Of a stretch of DNA of 64,000 nucleotides, positions 1 to 9,986 are shown one piece after another. Below the pieces are notes generated by a model. That model searched no databases and was not told where the DNA came from. It saw nothing but the letters and a program-made list of their open reading frames with translations. Both the position numbers and the translations under genes were made by a program. Origin of the DNA: Bacteroidales bacterium (lineage in GTDB: Bacteria; Bacteroidota; Bacteroidia; Bacteroidales; JAAYJT01); contig JAAYJT010000031.1 in assembly GCA_012522795.1 (NCBI GenBank), positions 9,398 through 73,397 of the forward strand, in the 5' to 3' direction. The number at the start of each line of letters is the position of its first letter. Positions within the stretch are counted from its first letter, which is position 1.

Positions 1-1
1 A

Positions 2-220
2 TTGCTTATCAGTATCTTTTTTCACATTATTTTCGATGTATTGTCGTACAGTATTAAAGGCTCGTTAGGTTCAATTTTCAGTTATCTCAGTCTTTCGAAC
101 CATTATGACTCTATTTCGCGCGGAGTTATTGATTCAAAGGATATTATCTATTTTTTATCTATTGCATTTTTTGGTTTGGTTGGAACCGAGGCAGTTATTG
201 CCAGACGCAATACAGTTTAG
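2..220 (+). CDS. gldF: ABC transporter permease GldF-like, C-terminal fragment (5' truncated by window edge)
   Basis: C-terminal motif YLSLSNHYDSISRGVIDSKDIIYFLS typical of GldF; directly upstream of a GldG-like gene. Confidence 0.8.
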   Translation: MLISIFFHIIFDVLSYSIKGSLGSIFSYLSLSNHYDSISRGVIDSKDIIYFLSIAFFGLVGTEAVIARRNTV

Positions 221-245
221 TTTTGGATAAAAAAACATTTCAGTT

Positions 246-1754
246 ATGAAAAGTAAAAACCGTACTACATATCAGTTGCTCATGATTGTTGGGGTAATTG
301 TTCTTGTTAATATTTTGGCTGACAGATTTTTTCTGCGTCTTGATTTAACACAGGATAAACGATATACGCTCAGTTCTGCAACAAAAAGCATACTTCGCAA
401 CCTGAAAGAGCCTGTAACTATCAGTGCCTACTTCACAAGCGATCTTCCACCGCAATATATCAATGTTCGTCGTGAATTTACTGACCTTCTAGTTGAATAC
501 GGAAATATTTCACGTGGCATGGTTGTTTTTGAAATGAATGATCCAAAGGATGAGGAAGATGAAATGGCTGCCATGCAGGCAGGTGTTCAGCCGGTAATTG
601 TAAATATCAGAGAACGGGATCAGGTAAAACAGCAAAGAGCTTTTATGGGCGCGATTATAAAGATGGGAAAAAACAAAGAGATTATCCCTCTTATTCAACC
701 CGAAGCCTCAATGGAGTACGACCTGTCATCAGCAATTAAGAAATTATCAATTACAGAAAAACCTTTGGTAGGATTTATTCAGGGTCATGGAGAACCAGCA
801 CTTAATCTTTTGCAACAGGCAGTAGCAGGTTTGCTTGTTCTGAATAACGTGGAGGAAGTTAATTTTTATGATAGCGTTCTGAATTTATCAAAATACAGCT
901 CACTGATAATGATAGGTCCAAGTGAAACTATTCCTGAGGAACATTTGCATAAGCTTGATGAATACATGGCAAACGGAGGTAATTTACTTGTAGCCTTAAA
1001 CAGGGTTCAGGGGGATTTCACTACCCTTCAGGGCACTGCAGTAGAAACCGGTATTGAAACCTGGCTGACAGAAAAAGGTGTTATAGTTGAAAGCCGCTTT
1101 ATAATTGATGCCAATTGTGGTACCGTTGGATTAACCCAGCAGGCTGGCTTTATGCAATACACTACCCAGATAAAATTCCCTTATCTTCCATTGATAAATA
1201 ATTTTGCTGATCACCCTATAACCAAAGGATTGAGTAATGTGTTGCTACAGTTTGCAAGTCCTATTGTTTATACCGGAGATACTACTTTAATTTTCGAACC
1301 TATTGCTTTCACTTCCGATAAATCGGATGCACGAAACGTTCCTTTATATTTTGATGTACAGCATCAGTGGCGCGATGCCGATTTCCTTAACCCAAACCTT
1401 GTAGTGGCAGCTACATTGCAGGGAGCTATTGCCGGAAGCAGCAATACACGTATGGTCATTTTTGGTGATGCTGATTTCCCGGTTGCCGCCGATCAAAGAT
1501 ATAGCGTTCAGAAAGAGAACGTTAATCTTCTTGTCAATGCAGTTGACTGGTTATCAGACGATACCGGCCTGGTTGAATTAAGAACCAAAGGAGCTAAAGC
1601 CCGACCACTGGACGAAATAGAAGATAGTAAAAAGCTGTTTTTAAAACTGCTTAATTTTTCACTACCCATTTTACTGATCATTGGTTACGGTATTTTCAGA
1701 ATGATCCGCAACCGTAATATTAGAATGAAAAGAATGGAGGATGTTTATGTTTAA
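246..1754 (+). CDS. gldG: GldG-family ABC transporter auxiliary protein
   Basis: RLDLTQDKRYTLS N-terminal motif, GFIQGHGE motif, NLLVNAVDWLSDD, N- and C-terminal TM helices. Confidence 0.85.
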   Translation: MKSKNRTTYQLLMIVGVIVLVNILADRFFLRLDLTQDKRYTLSSATKSILRNLKEPVTISAYFTSDLPPQYINVRREFTDLLVEYGNISRGMVVFEMNDPKDEEDEMAAMQAGVQPVIVNIRERDQVKQQRAFMGAIIKMGKNKEIIPLIQPEASMEYDLSSAIKKLSITEKPLVGFIQGHGEPALNLLQQAVAGLLVLNNVEEVNFYDSVLNLSKYSSLIMIGPSETIPEEHLHKLDEYMANGGNLLVALNRVQGDFTTLQGTAVETGIETWLTEKGVIVESRFIIDANCGTVGLTQQAGFMQYTTQIKFPYLPLINNFADHPITKGLSNVLLQFASPIVYTGDTTLIFEPIAFTSDKSDARNVPLYFDVQHQWRDADFLNPNLVVAATLQGAIAGSSNTRMVIFGDADFPVAADQRYSVQKENVNLLVNAVDWLSDDTGLVELRTKGAKARPLDEIEDSKKLFLKLLNFSLPILLIIGYGIFRMIRNRNIRMKRMEDVYV

Positions 1755-2724
1755 AAAATTAAAATCGCCAGTTTTGTTTGCCCTACTGGCATTGCTGCTA
1801 ATCTTGTCAGTTGTTCTTCTGCGAGTGGATTCGCGCAAACAGAAAGGAAATTTTGTTCGTGAACTCGCTAATGCTAATGCTGATAAAACAACAAGTATAG
1901 TAATAATTCCAAATGGAGAAACTGACAATGCCATTATTCTGGAAAAAGCAGATGGAATATGGAATGTAGGAACACCGGGTAAAATGTATCCAGCTAATCC
2001 CGAACATATTAGCCGCATTTTCCAGACTATTTCACCGCTTGTTCCCGAACAACTGGTTTCGCGAGGAAAAGAAAACCTTGATGAATATGAGATAAGTGGT
2101 GAAAAAGGAACCCGTATCAAGGTTTATCAGGACAAGCGTATTACTGACGAATTTATTTATGGCAAAATGGATTACCAGTCACAAATGATACAGGGACAGC
2201 AAAGGCCTATAATAAGCACTTTTGTGCGTCTTGCCGGAAAAGATGATGTTTATACTGTACAGGGCTTTCTCGGTTCTGTATTCCCGCTGGGAGCTGAACA
2301 TTACCGGAATCAAATAATAATAAATACTTCAGAATCCAATATTGAAAGAATCAATGTTAGCTTTGAAAATCTGAATTATACACTGAACAGGGATGAAAAC
2401 AATTGGACGATTAATGGAATGCCAGCCGATTCAGCTATAACAACTGATTTTATTAGGAAACTAGTTGTACTACGAAGCACCGGATTTGCTGACGAAGATG
2501 CTGAAGGTAAATTAACTCTTGCATCACACAAAATGGTCATAGAACAAAATTCGGGCGAAGAAATTGAGATCCTTGCTTTTCCGGCTGACATTACTCATAA
2601 CTATTTTATTACCAGCTCACAAAATCCAGGTTCAGTTTTCAGTGGAGCACAAAATAATCTTTTTGAAAATCTTTTTAATCCAATTGAGTATTTTCTTGGT
2701 TTACAAAGCGTTAGCCAGGAATAA
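1741..2724 (+). CDS. DUF4340-family membrane-anchored protein (true start possibly ATG 1747)
   Basis: N-terminal TM; TFVRLAGKDDVYTV motif; position after gldFG is typical of DUF4340; overlaps the gldG stop. Confidence 0.65.
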   Translation: MFMFKKLKSPVLFALLALLLILSVVLLRVDSRKQKGNFVRELANANADKTTSIVIIPNGETDNAIILEKADGIWNVGTPGKMYPANPEHISRIFQTISPLVPEQLVSRGKENLDEYEISGEKGTRIKVYQDKRITDEFIYGKMDYQSQMIQGQQRPIISTFVRLAGKDDVYTVQGFLGSVFPLGAEHYRNQIIINTSESNIERINVSFENLNYTLNRDENNWTINGMPADSAITTDFIRKLVVLRSTGFADEDAEGKLTLASHKMVIEQNSGEEIEILAFPADITHNYFITSSQNPGSVFSGAQNNLFENLFNPIEYFLGLQSVSQE

Positions 2725-2804
2725 AAACCTGATTGCTTTTAATTTATTTTCTCGTTCCTCTTGCTTAAATACTCAAATAGCATACTTCTGAGTGTTGTAA
2801 ATAA

Positions 2805-3389
2805 TTACTCAGCACAGATTTTATTAAACACATCAACACACTGTTTTACAAGAGGTTCTATACCATCGTTAACAATAACAAAATCAGCAAAAGGGATTTT
2901 TTCATCCTCTGACCACTGATTTTCCATCCTTTGTTTTACGAGAGCTTCGTTTATTTTATCTCTGTCAATAACACGCTGAATCCTCAGCTTCTCCGGAGCA
3001 GTTACCAAAATAAGCCTGTCCAGATTTTTATAATAACTGGTTTCGATGATTATAGCCGCTTCATAAATGCAACAGGGATCATTTGCATGTTTTATACAAA
3101 AATCTTTGAAATTCTGCCTTACAAGAGGGTGTATCAAATGGTTTACAAAATTCAGGGCATCCTTATCGTTAAACAGGAGCTGCGCCAGTAACTTTCTATC
3201 AATAATGTTTTCTTCATTGAGGATATGGCTGCCAAAACGCTCAATTAAAAGCTTTTGCATCCTTACTTCTTTCATTATCAGCTTTGCTTCATCATCGGAG
3301 TTGAAAACTGCTGCACCAAACGTACTAAAGATTTTAGCTATTAAGGTTTTACCACTTCCAATATTTCCGGTAAGACCAATTTTCAACAT
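2805..3389 (-). CDS. coaE: dephospho-CoA kinase
   Basis: IGLTGNIGSGKT P-loop, LIHPLV, ADFVIVNDG. Confidence 0.95.
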   Translation of the reverse strand: MLKIGLTGNIGSGKTLIAKIFSTFGAAVFNSDDEAKLIMKEVRMQKLLIERFGSHILNEENIIDRKLLAQLLFNDKDALNFVNHLIHPLVRQNFKDFCIKHANDPCCIYEAAIIIETSYYKNLDRLILVTAPEKLRIQRVIDRDKINEALVKQRMENQWSEDEKIPFADFVIVNDGIEPLVKQCVDVFNKICAE

Positions 3390-3390
3390 T

Positions 3391-4404
3391 TTATGGCTTA
3401 TTGGCAGATTTAATGAGAATAAATTCTATTCTTTCCGGCTCAACACGGGCAATATGCACAAACGAAGGATATTTGACAAGATTGACCTTTAACCTGGTAG
3501 CCGCTTGCATCTCAACTGAATCGTAGGTAACAACAGCTTCAAACATGGCTTCATCAACCCTGTTGTAGTCTTTAAGCGCAACCAGACAATTTACAATTAC
3601 TTTTTCCGGAAATATCCTGAGCGCATATTCAGTTCCTGAATTAACAATATTTACAGGAAGTTCAAAAGATCTTTCAGTATATTTTTCCACAGGAATCAAT
3701 ATTTTAACCCGATTTTCTGATAATGAAACCAGATTTGATTCTGGTTTAATAAGCCTAAGCTCTAATTCCTGATTTTCAGAAAGATCAGAAAAAGATTTTT
3801 GTTCGGTATAAATGAACTGAATTGAATCAATCAATTCCTCAGGCCCAAAAACCCAGATACTGTCGGGCTGTATCTGAACAGAATCGTACAACATAAACTG
3901 AGGACGTAATTCATAGCTAACCTGCGGCAAAACAGGTATTTGTCTTTTGTATTTAGTCAGGAACTCAAACCTGATAGTATCAGGCGAAACAAAAACAAGA
4001 TCACGCTTTACTCCAATTTGGGAGGCAATTTTTTGTATCTGGTCATTCAATGGCAGGCAGCCTTCTTCTTTCCCGGCATAATACCTGATCTTCAAACCCG
4101 TCAGATCAATATTAATAACCGGAATCTTTTGCAAAAAATGATACTTAATCAGTGTAAATCCTTTGGCATCAAGCCCAACATTGATAACTGTGTCGCTTGA
4201 TCCGGATATAATCCTGCCTTTCGGAGCATTTTTAAAATTGATATTGTATGTGATTGTCGAAGTAAAATCTTTCGACAATTTTATTACAACCCATATGAAA
4301 CTTGAAAAAACAAGAAAAACAAAAAAAATTGAAAACTGATCTCGGAATCTTTTCATCAAAGAATCCTGCACAGGCTGTTCATTATCAGGAATACCGGTTT
4401 TCAA
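3391..4404 (-). CDS. YbbR/CdaR-like membrane protein
   Basis: N-terminal TM ending WVVIKLSK, beta-rich repeats (PDSIWVFGP, IFPEKVIV); yajC-ybbR-coaE synteny typical of Bacteroidota. Confidence 0.75.
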   Translation of the reverse strand: MKTGIPDNEQPVQDSLMKRFRDQFSIFFVFLVFSSFIWVVIKLSKDFTSTITYNINFKNAPKGRIISGSSDTVINVGLDAKGFTLIKYHFLQKIPVINIDLTGLKIRYYAGKEEGCLPLNDQIQKIASQIGVKRDLVFVSPDTIRFEFLTKYKRQIPVLPQVSYELRPQFMLYDSVQIQPDSIWVFGPEELIDSIQFIYTEQKSFSDLSENQELELRLIKPESNLVSLSENRVKILIPVEKYTERSFELPVNIVNSGTEYALRIFPEKVIVNCLVALKDYNRVDEAMFEAVVTYDSVEMQAATRLKVNLVKYPSFVHIARVEPERIEFILIKSANKP

Positions 4405-4425
4405 TTCAAAAGGTTCTTAATAATT

Positions 4426-4764
4426 CTATTTCTGTTCGCCAATTTGTGACTGGCTATCCATTGCAACAGCTGATTTATCAATTCTTATTTTAACATTATC
4501 AGCAAGTTCAAGGGTAAATGTGGTTTCTTGTACTTCTGTAATTTTACCATGCAAACCACCAATAGTAACAACTTTATCTCCTTTTTTCAGGTTCTCGCGG
4601 AATTTTTTCTGTTCTTTTGAACGCTTCATTTGTGGTCGGATAAAAAACAAATAAAAAATAACCATTATGGCCACTAGTACAAATAAAGAACCGAAACCGC
4701 CACTACCGCCTTCCTGGGTTTGTGGTGCAAAAAGTAAAATGCTGCTTAAAATCGTTGAGTTCAT
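4426..4764 (-). CDS. yajC: preprotein translocase subunit YajC
   Basis: FYLFFIRPQMKR...LKKGDKVVTIGGLHG. Confidence 0.95.
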   Translation of the reverse strand: MNSTILSSILLFAPQTQEGGSGGFGSLFVLVAIMVIFYLFFIRPQMKRSKEQKKFRENLKKGDKVVTIGGLHGKITEVQETTFTLELADNVKIRIDKSAVAMDSQSQIGEQK

Positions 4765-4823
4765 AGAATTAATTTAAAATATTTAATAATTCGATTTAAT
4801 TATACTTATTTGAGATTCAGTAA

Positions 4824-5312
4824 TTAAAAATTCATAGTTTCAGGTACAACAATATTAGCCTGAACCATTAATTGTTTTGTACCCGGCTGGGTATTAGCCA
4901 GAATAGTAACAGTTTTCATCTGCATACCCATTCTTCCTCTGCTGTCAAAACTAACTGTTATAACTCCTTCTTCACCGGGTTTCATGGGTTTATCAGGAAA
5001 TGAAGCCACTGTACATCCGCACGATGAACTAACACTCGATATAAGTAATAATGCATTGCCTGAGTTTTTAAACTTGAACCCAAATGACACCTGTTCACCC
5101 TGAATAACTCTGCCAAAATCATGAAAATCCTTTACAAATTCAAAAGCCGGCATTTCTACATTTTTATTGATACCTTCAGCAGTATTTGGGTTCTGAATAA
5201 TATCTACAGGCAAATTGTCCCTACCCGAATTGCCTCCACATGAGGCAACTACAAGCAAAACCGCGATTATCGAAGCCAATACCAAAGATTGAAGTATGCT
5301 GCTAATTTTCAT
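4824..5312 (-). CDS. DUF1573 domain lipoprotein
   Basis: lipobox VVASC; HDFG...FKFKNSG...SSCGCT...PGEEG signature. Confidence 0.85.
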   Translation of the reverse strand: MKISSILQSLVLASIIAVLLVVASCGGNSGRDNLPVDIIQNPNTAEGINKNVEMPAFEFVKDFHDFGRVIQGEQVSFGFKFKNSGNALLLISSVSSSCGCTVASFPDKPMKPGEEGVITVSFDSRGRMGMQMKTVTILANTQPGTKQLMVQANIVVPETMNF

Positions 5313-5328
5313 ATAAATTTTAATTTTG

Positions 5329-5336
5329 CAAATTTA
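5329..5336 (-). promoter_or_regulatory. Bacteroidota sigmaA -7 element TAAATTTG, internal promoter for DUF1573-yajC
   Basis: matches TAnnTTTG 17 nt upstream of the start codon. Confidence 0.5.
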
Positions 5337-5395
5337 ATATTTTTAGCTTAATCCTTTGTTAATCTGATCCCTGTTTCCTACGAAACGGCCAAAAG

Positions 5396-6361
5396 CTAAT
5401 TATCAATGAGACCACGCCCTGTCTTTTTTATCTTATTTTCCTCCCTGAACTCTACTATCAGTCTATCAAGCAAACCATTGATAAATATCTTACTTTTAGG
5501 CGTGCTATACTGTTTTGAAATCTCAATATATTCGTTAAGAGTTACTTTAACCGGTATTGACGGAAACTGAAGCAACTCAACTATTGCCATTTTCATAATA
5601 ATAATATCAAGTATGGCTATTCGATCCAATTCCCAATTTTTTGCCTTCAGAGCTATAATAGCTGAATATTCATCGCTGTATAATATACTTTTGGCAAAAA
5701 GTTCGCTTGCAAAGGCTTTATCTTCAATTTGAGTCTCCTCTTCTTCAAAGAGGGTCGGGAGTTTAGCCAAAGCATCCTGTTTTGCTGCAAACGATTTCAG
5801 AGTTCTCATAACCATCAGCAATGTATTGCTATAATCATCAGCCCAGTAAATATTTTTCTCTTCGAAAAACACTTGTAAAGTCTCAGAAGGCAGTAAATGA
5901 GTCCGGATAAGCTTTATAAGAATACTTTTATCGTCCTCGTAATAATTCTTTTCAGCATTCATATAACTGATATACTCTTCGCTGCTGCGGATCTTATTGT
6001 AAAAAGAACGAAACATTTCCTGTTCGCCAGCCCAGTTTATTTTATATCGTGAATAATATTGATTGTAATCCTCATTCTCCTGAAGCTGCTGTATAAGCCT
6101 GTTATCAACAAATCTCGTACTTGGATTTAATTCCTCTTCAGTAGGCAGAAATTTTTGCCTTGCTTCATCCATACGAAACCTGAAATATTCGATCAGTTCA
6201 ACCAAAAACGATAATTGCCAGATATACAGCTCGTATACCCTATCAATATTTTTTATCAGATTCCTCTCCATTGCAGGCAATTCATTATCATCATTCTGAA
6301 CAAAAGCATACAATGCCTGCATTACCTTGATCCTGATAAGCCTTCTACTAAGCATGAACAA
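5396..6361 (-). CDS. nusB: transcription antitermination factor NusB (long Bacteroidota form; start likely 6355)
   Basis: MLSRRLIRIKVMQALYA N-terminus; NWELDRIA...VTLNEYIEISKQYSTPKSKIFINGLLD. Confidence 0.95.
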   Translation of the reverse strand: MFMLSRRLIRIKVMQALYAFVQNDDNELPAMERNLIKNIDRVYELYIWQLSFLVELIEYFRFRMDEARQKFLPTEEELNPSTRFVDNRLIQQLQENEDYNQYYSRYKINWAGEQEMFRSFYNKIRSSEEYISYMNAEKNYYEDDKSILIKLIRTHLLPSETLQVFFEEKNIYWADDYSNTLLMVMRTLKSFAAKQDALAKLPTLFEEEETQIEDKAFASELFAKSILYSDEYSAIIALKAKNWELDRIAILDIIIMKMAIVELLQFPSIPVKVTLNEYIEISKQYSTPKSKIFINGLLDRLIVEFREENKIKKTGRGLIDN

Positions 6362-6401
6362 ATAATTTATGTATGAACTCCAGGTTAATTTTATGGAAGC
6401 G

Positions 6402-6409
6402 CAAAAGTA
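6402..6409 (-). promoter_or_regulatory. sigmaA -7 element TACTTTTG for the nusB operon
   Basis: TAnnTTTG followed by CGC, about 45 nt upstream of nusB. Confidence 0.6.
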
Positions 6410-6505
6410 TACAAATATTAAATATGGAGAATACTATTGACTGGTTGAAATATTTCAGAAATTGGAAATAAGTATTTGTAATGGCAGAAATTCATCAATT
6501 ATATA

Positions 6506-6535
6506 TTTGTAATTCAAAAAATATATCTACCTTTG
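6506..6535 (+). promoter_or_regulatory. sigmaA promoter for rpsF-rpsR-rplI (TTTG-N18-TACCTTTG)
   Basis: both -33 TTTG and -7 TAnnTTTG present. Confidence 0.7.
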
Positions 6536-6609
6536 CGCTTCACTTTATAAAAAGCGTTTTGCGCTGATAATAAAGCAATTAAATAATCATTAATTAATTT
6601 TTTGTTAAA

Positions 6610-6966
6610 ATGGTACGACAGTATGAAACCGTTTTCATTATGACTCCCGTTTTATCTGAAGATCAGATGAAGGAAGCGGTAAAAAAAGTCAGAGATTTTT
6701 TAACAGGGAAAGGAGCAGAAATCATTTTTGAAAATAATTGGGGCATGCGTAGGTTAGCTTATCCTATCCAGAAAAAATCAACGGGATTTTATTATTTGAT
6801 CGAGTTCAAAGCTGAAGGTTCTGCTATTGCCGAACTGGAAGTAATGTTTAAACGCGATGAGCGTTGTCTGAGATTTCTAACCGTAGCACTGGATAAACAT
6901 GCTATTGCTTACAACGAGAAAAAACGCACTCCCAAAGCTGCTGAGGCGGTTACTGAAGAAGTATAA
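6610..6966 (+). CDS. rpsF: 30S ribosomal protein S6
   Basis: [30 protein letters not shown]. Confidence 0.97.
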   Translation: MVRQYETVFIMTPVLSEDQMKEAVKKVRDFLTGKGAEIIFENNWGMRRLAYPIQKKSTGFYYLIEFKAEGSAIAELEVMFKRDERCLRFLTVALDKHAIAYNEKKRTPKAAEAVTEEV

Positions 6967-6995
6967 GGTGTTGTTGAATTTAAAACTGTTAAAAA

Positions 6996-7268
6996 ATGAG
7001 TAGACAAGGAAATGCTGATATAAAATATCTTACGCCAATTGCAATAGATATTAAAAAGAAAAAATATTGCCGCTTTAAAAGAAGTGGTATTAAATATATT
7101 GACTATAAGGATGCCGATTTTCTTCTGAGATTTGTAAATGAACAGGGAAAGATTTTACCTCGCCGCGTAACAGGTACATCTACAAAATATCAAAAAAAGG
7201 TTGCCCAGGCAATTAAACGTGCCAGACACATAGCATTATTACCATATGTTGCTGACTTACTTAAATAA
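6996..7268 (+). CDS. rpsR: 30S ribosomal protein S18
   Basis: KKYCRF...IDYKD...[10 protein letters not shown]...[13 protein letters not shown]. Confidence 0.97.
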   Translation: MSRQGNADIKYLTPIAIDIKKKKYCRFKRSGIKYIDYKDADFLLRFVNEQGKILPRRVTGTSTKYQKKVAQAIKRARHIALLPYVADLLK

Positions 7269-7280
7269 AGGGAGGGAGAC

Positions 7281-7730
7281 ATGGAAGTTATTTTAAAACA
7301 AGATATTCATAACCTGGGTTTTGCAAACGATATTGTAACCGTAAAAGACGGATATGCACGCAATTATCTTATCCCTATGGGATTTGCTATCGTTGCCGAT
7401 GAAAAAAACAAAAAGATAAATGCTGAAAATCTGAAACAAAAATCATTTAAGGAAATTAAAATCCGCAGTGAGGCGGAAGCCTTTGCAGCAAAACTTAGCG
7501 ATATTACCCTTACTATTGGGGCAAAAGCTGCTTCAACAGGAAAGATTTTTGGTTCAGTTAATGTTATTCAAATCGCTGAAGCACTCAAAGATCAGTTTAA
7601 CTTTGATGTTGATCGTAAACGTATAAAACTCGATGGTGATTCGATAAAAGAGCTTGGAAATTATGAAGCTGAAGTTATTCTGCATAAAGAAGTTAAAGCT
7701 ACCATTAAATTTGAAGTGGTTGCCGAATAA
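7281..7730 (+). CDS. rplI: 50S ribosomal protein L9
   Basis: MEVILKQDIHNLG...VKDGYARNYLIP, GKIFGSV. Confidence 0.97.
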   Translation: MEVILKQDIHNLGFANDIVTVKDGYARNYLIPMGFAIVADEKNKKINAENLKQKSFKEIKIRSEAEAFAAKLSDITLTIGAKAASTGKIFGSVNVIQIAEALKDQFNFDVDRKRIKLDGDSIKELGNYEAEVILHKEVKATIKFEVVAE

Positions 7731-7755
7731 TTTGCGTTTAGATATTTACTAATTT

Positions 7756-7783
7756 AGCCCGGTTCATAATACCGGGTTTTTTT
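7756..7783 (+). terminator. intrinsic terminator after rplI
   Basis: stem AGCCCGGT/ACCGGGTT with 7-nt loop, followed by a T-run. Confidence 0.8.
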
Positions 7784-8551
7784 ATGCTCAGCCGTCAGAA
7801 AATAAAATTCATTAAGTCTTTGCATTTAAAGAAGATAAGGAAAGAACTTCAACTATTCGTAGCTGAAGGCAGTAAACTTGTTGAGGAACTTATATCAAGC
7901 AGGCTTGAAACTCATAGTGTTTTGGCTGTTGATGCATGGTTACAGAAGAATAGATCAATTATCGCTAAAAGAAATATAAAGGCTTTTGCTGTTACGGAAG
8001 CTGAACTTGAGCAAATCAGCACTCAAAAATCAGCAAATCAGGCAATTGGTGTTTTTTATATTCCGGCTTTTCAGTTCAACCCCAAAATCCTGAATGAAGA
8101 GATAGTTCTGATGCTTGACGATATTAACGATCCCGGAAATCTTGGCACCATTTTAAGAACTGCCGATTGGTTTGGAATTCAGCATGTTGTCTGCTCAAAA
8201 AACACCGTTGATCTCTATAATCTAAAAACCGTACAGGCTACAATGGGTTCGATAGCCAGAATAAGTACCTACTATCTTGATCTTCTGAGCATTCTGTCCA
8301 ATACTAAAGTACCTGTTTACGGAGCCTTGCTTAACGGAAAACCACTGACTGAAATAAATCCTTCAAAAAACGGAGTGATACTCATAGGTAACGAAGCACA
8401 TGGAATTTCTCCGGTCCTTCATCAGTTTATCACTCATCCCTTGTTTATCCCTTCTTTTATTGCTGAAGGCGCCGGCTTGCATAGACCCGAATCTTTAAAT
8501 GCTGCTATGGCTGCAGCAATCCTTTGCTGGGAGTTCAGAAAGAATGGATAA
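7784..8551 (+). CDS. TrmH/SpoU-family RNA 2'-O-methyltransferase
   Basis: DPGNLGTILRTADWFG, IGNEAHGIS, ESLNAAMA SPOUT motifs. Confidence 0.9.
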   Translation: MLSRQKIKFIKSLHLKKIRKELQLFVAEGSKLVEELISSRLETHSVLAVDAWLQKNRSIIAKRNIKAFAVTEAELEQISTQKSANQAIGVFYIPAFQFNPKILNEEIVLMLDDINDPGNLGTILRTADWFGIQHVVCSKNTVDLYNLKTVQATMGSIARISTYYLDLLSILSNTKVPVYGALLNGKPLTEINPSKNGVILIGNEAHGISPVLHQFITHPLFIPSFIAEGAGLHRPESLNAAMAAAILCWEFRKNG

Positions 8552-8739
8552 TACAGCAAAACAAAGCTGGTTAATAATCAGGATACACTACTGAGAAGCC
8601 TTTAAGGATAATAGAAACTTTCAGGTATCATTATGAACTAACAGCCTTGATTTAAGCCTATTAGTGATAAAGTTCGACTTTAATATATTGCTGAAGATCA
8701 GTGACATACAATTAGAGCCATTAAACAAATCGCTTGTGT

Positions 8740-9939
8740 TCATTTCTTATCTATGACTTCATTGTAAACCTTAGCAAGAGATTTACCAATTACTTCCTTA
8801 CTGAAATGATTGACGGCATAGTCTCTTATCTCCAGCTTGTTGTAGATATCAGGATTATCAAGAAAAGACCTGAGTTCATCCAGAAACTGTTCTTCATTTT
8901 GCTTTTCAACAAGTTTTCCAAGTCCAGTATGCAAATGTTCATGTATCCCTCCCACCCTTGTAGAAATGACTGGTACTCCGCAGGCATAACTTTCAAGTAT
9001 TACTACCGGAAGGTTCTCATAATTGCTGAACATTATCATAAGATCAGAATTGCTTAACAGCTCCACAAGTTCTTCGTTCTGTTTCAATCCGGTAAAAATC
9101 ACAAACTCGTAAGTAAGTTGCAGTTTATCAGAAAGTTGTTTCATTTCATCAAAATCCTCACCATCACCAATAAGTTTTAGCAAAAAATCATTTCTTTCAG
9201 AACTTAATTTTTTTATGACCCTAAGAATACCAGAGATGTTTTTTTGTTTATCGGTAAAGCACGACAGATGAACCAGGATTTTTTTATCTCTTTTTGTAGC
9301 TTTTACAGCAGGTTTGAATTTGTCAACATCCACCACATTTGGGATCACAACATAATCTTCATTGCTCAGGCCTCTGGAGATCATTGCATCACGCAGGTTT
9401 ACAGTAACCGGCATAACTGCTCCAGCATACTTAACAACAAAAGCGGTTAACCATTTTCTAGCCGCTCCCTGATATGAGTCAGTTGTTGGTAAGTATCGCG
9501 TCCAGTGTTCAGTAATTACATAGGGCGCACCGGTAAGAACTTTGATTATCAATGCAAGCAATCCGGTGCGGGTAAGCACGTGTACATGCGTAATTGTAGG
9601 TTTACCTTGTTGACGGCGTATTTTACGGTAACACCGTCTGAAAGCCAGAAAATAACGATACAGGTTAATTACTGAATTTAATGACAAAATCCTGAATGAT
9701 GCCTTTCTAATATATGCAGTGCAATTATATACATCATTTATTATTTGAGTATCAATTTCTATTGCGCTATCTTGTTCATCAACAAATTGCAGAAACAAAA
9801 CACTATTATTAAAGGCGTCCGGTAAACTTTCGATATGGTTTTTCACGAATAGCCCAAGCATAGGGTCACCACGATGAGGATACCAGCGTGGAATGTGCAA
9901 TACATGTGTATTACCGTGTTTTACATCCATTTGAAACAA
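8740..9939 (-). CDS. glycosyltransferase family 4 (GT-B)
   Basis: PRWYP N-terminus, ITEHW, IPNVVD, SNYENLPVVILESYACGVPVISTRVGGI. Confidence 0.9.
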   Translation of the reverse strand: MFQMDVKHGNTHVLHIPRWYPHRGDPMLGLFVKNHIESLPDAFNNSVLFLQFVDEQDSAIEIDTQIINDVYNCTAYIRKASFRILSLNSVINLYRYFLAFRRCYRKIRRQQGKPTITHVHVLTRTGLLALIIKVLTGAPYVITEHWTRYLPTTDSYQGAARKWLTAFVVKYAGAVMPVTVNLRDAMISRGLSNEDYVVIPNVVDVDKFKPAVKATKRDKKILVHLSCFTDKQKNISGILRVIKKLSSERNDFLLKLIGDGEDFDEMKQLSDKLQLTYEFVIFTGLKQNEELVELLSNSDLMIMFSNYENLPVVILESYACGVPVISTRVGGIHEHLHTGLGKLVEKQNEEQFLDELRSFLDNPDIYNKLEIRDYAVNHFSKEVIGKSLAKVYNEVIDKK

Positions 9940-9986
9940 TTATACATAAAATTAGCATATATTGAAATTGATCAGGATCTCAAAGA

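Noticed and set aside
1736-1749. GGAGG SD-like sequence before ATG 1747
   Set aside because: Lies in gldG coding sequence (Met-Glu-Asp codons); likely incidental
2-2724. gldFG as proof of gliding motility
   Set aside because: GldFG/DUF4340-type ABC modules also occur in non-gliding bacteria; no motor genes in the window
6535-6570. Possible S6:S18 autoregulatory leader hairpin (CGCTT...AAGCG)
   Set aside because: Weak stem and no CCG motif of the known element; cannot be supported without a covariance model
8552-8739. Possible sRNA in the 190-bp gap between convergent trmH-like and GT4 genes
   Set aside because: No promoter, terminator or stable structure seen
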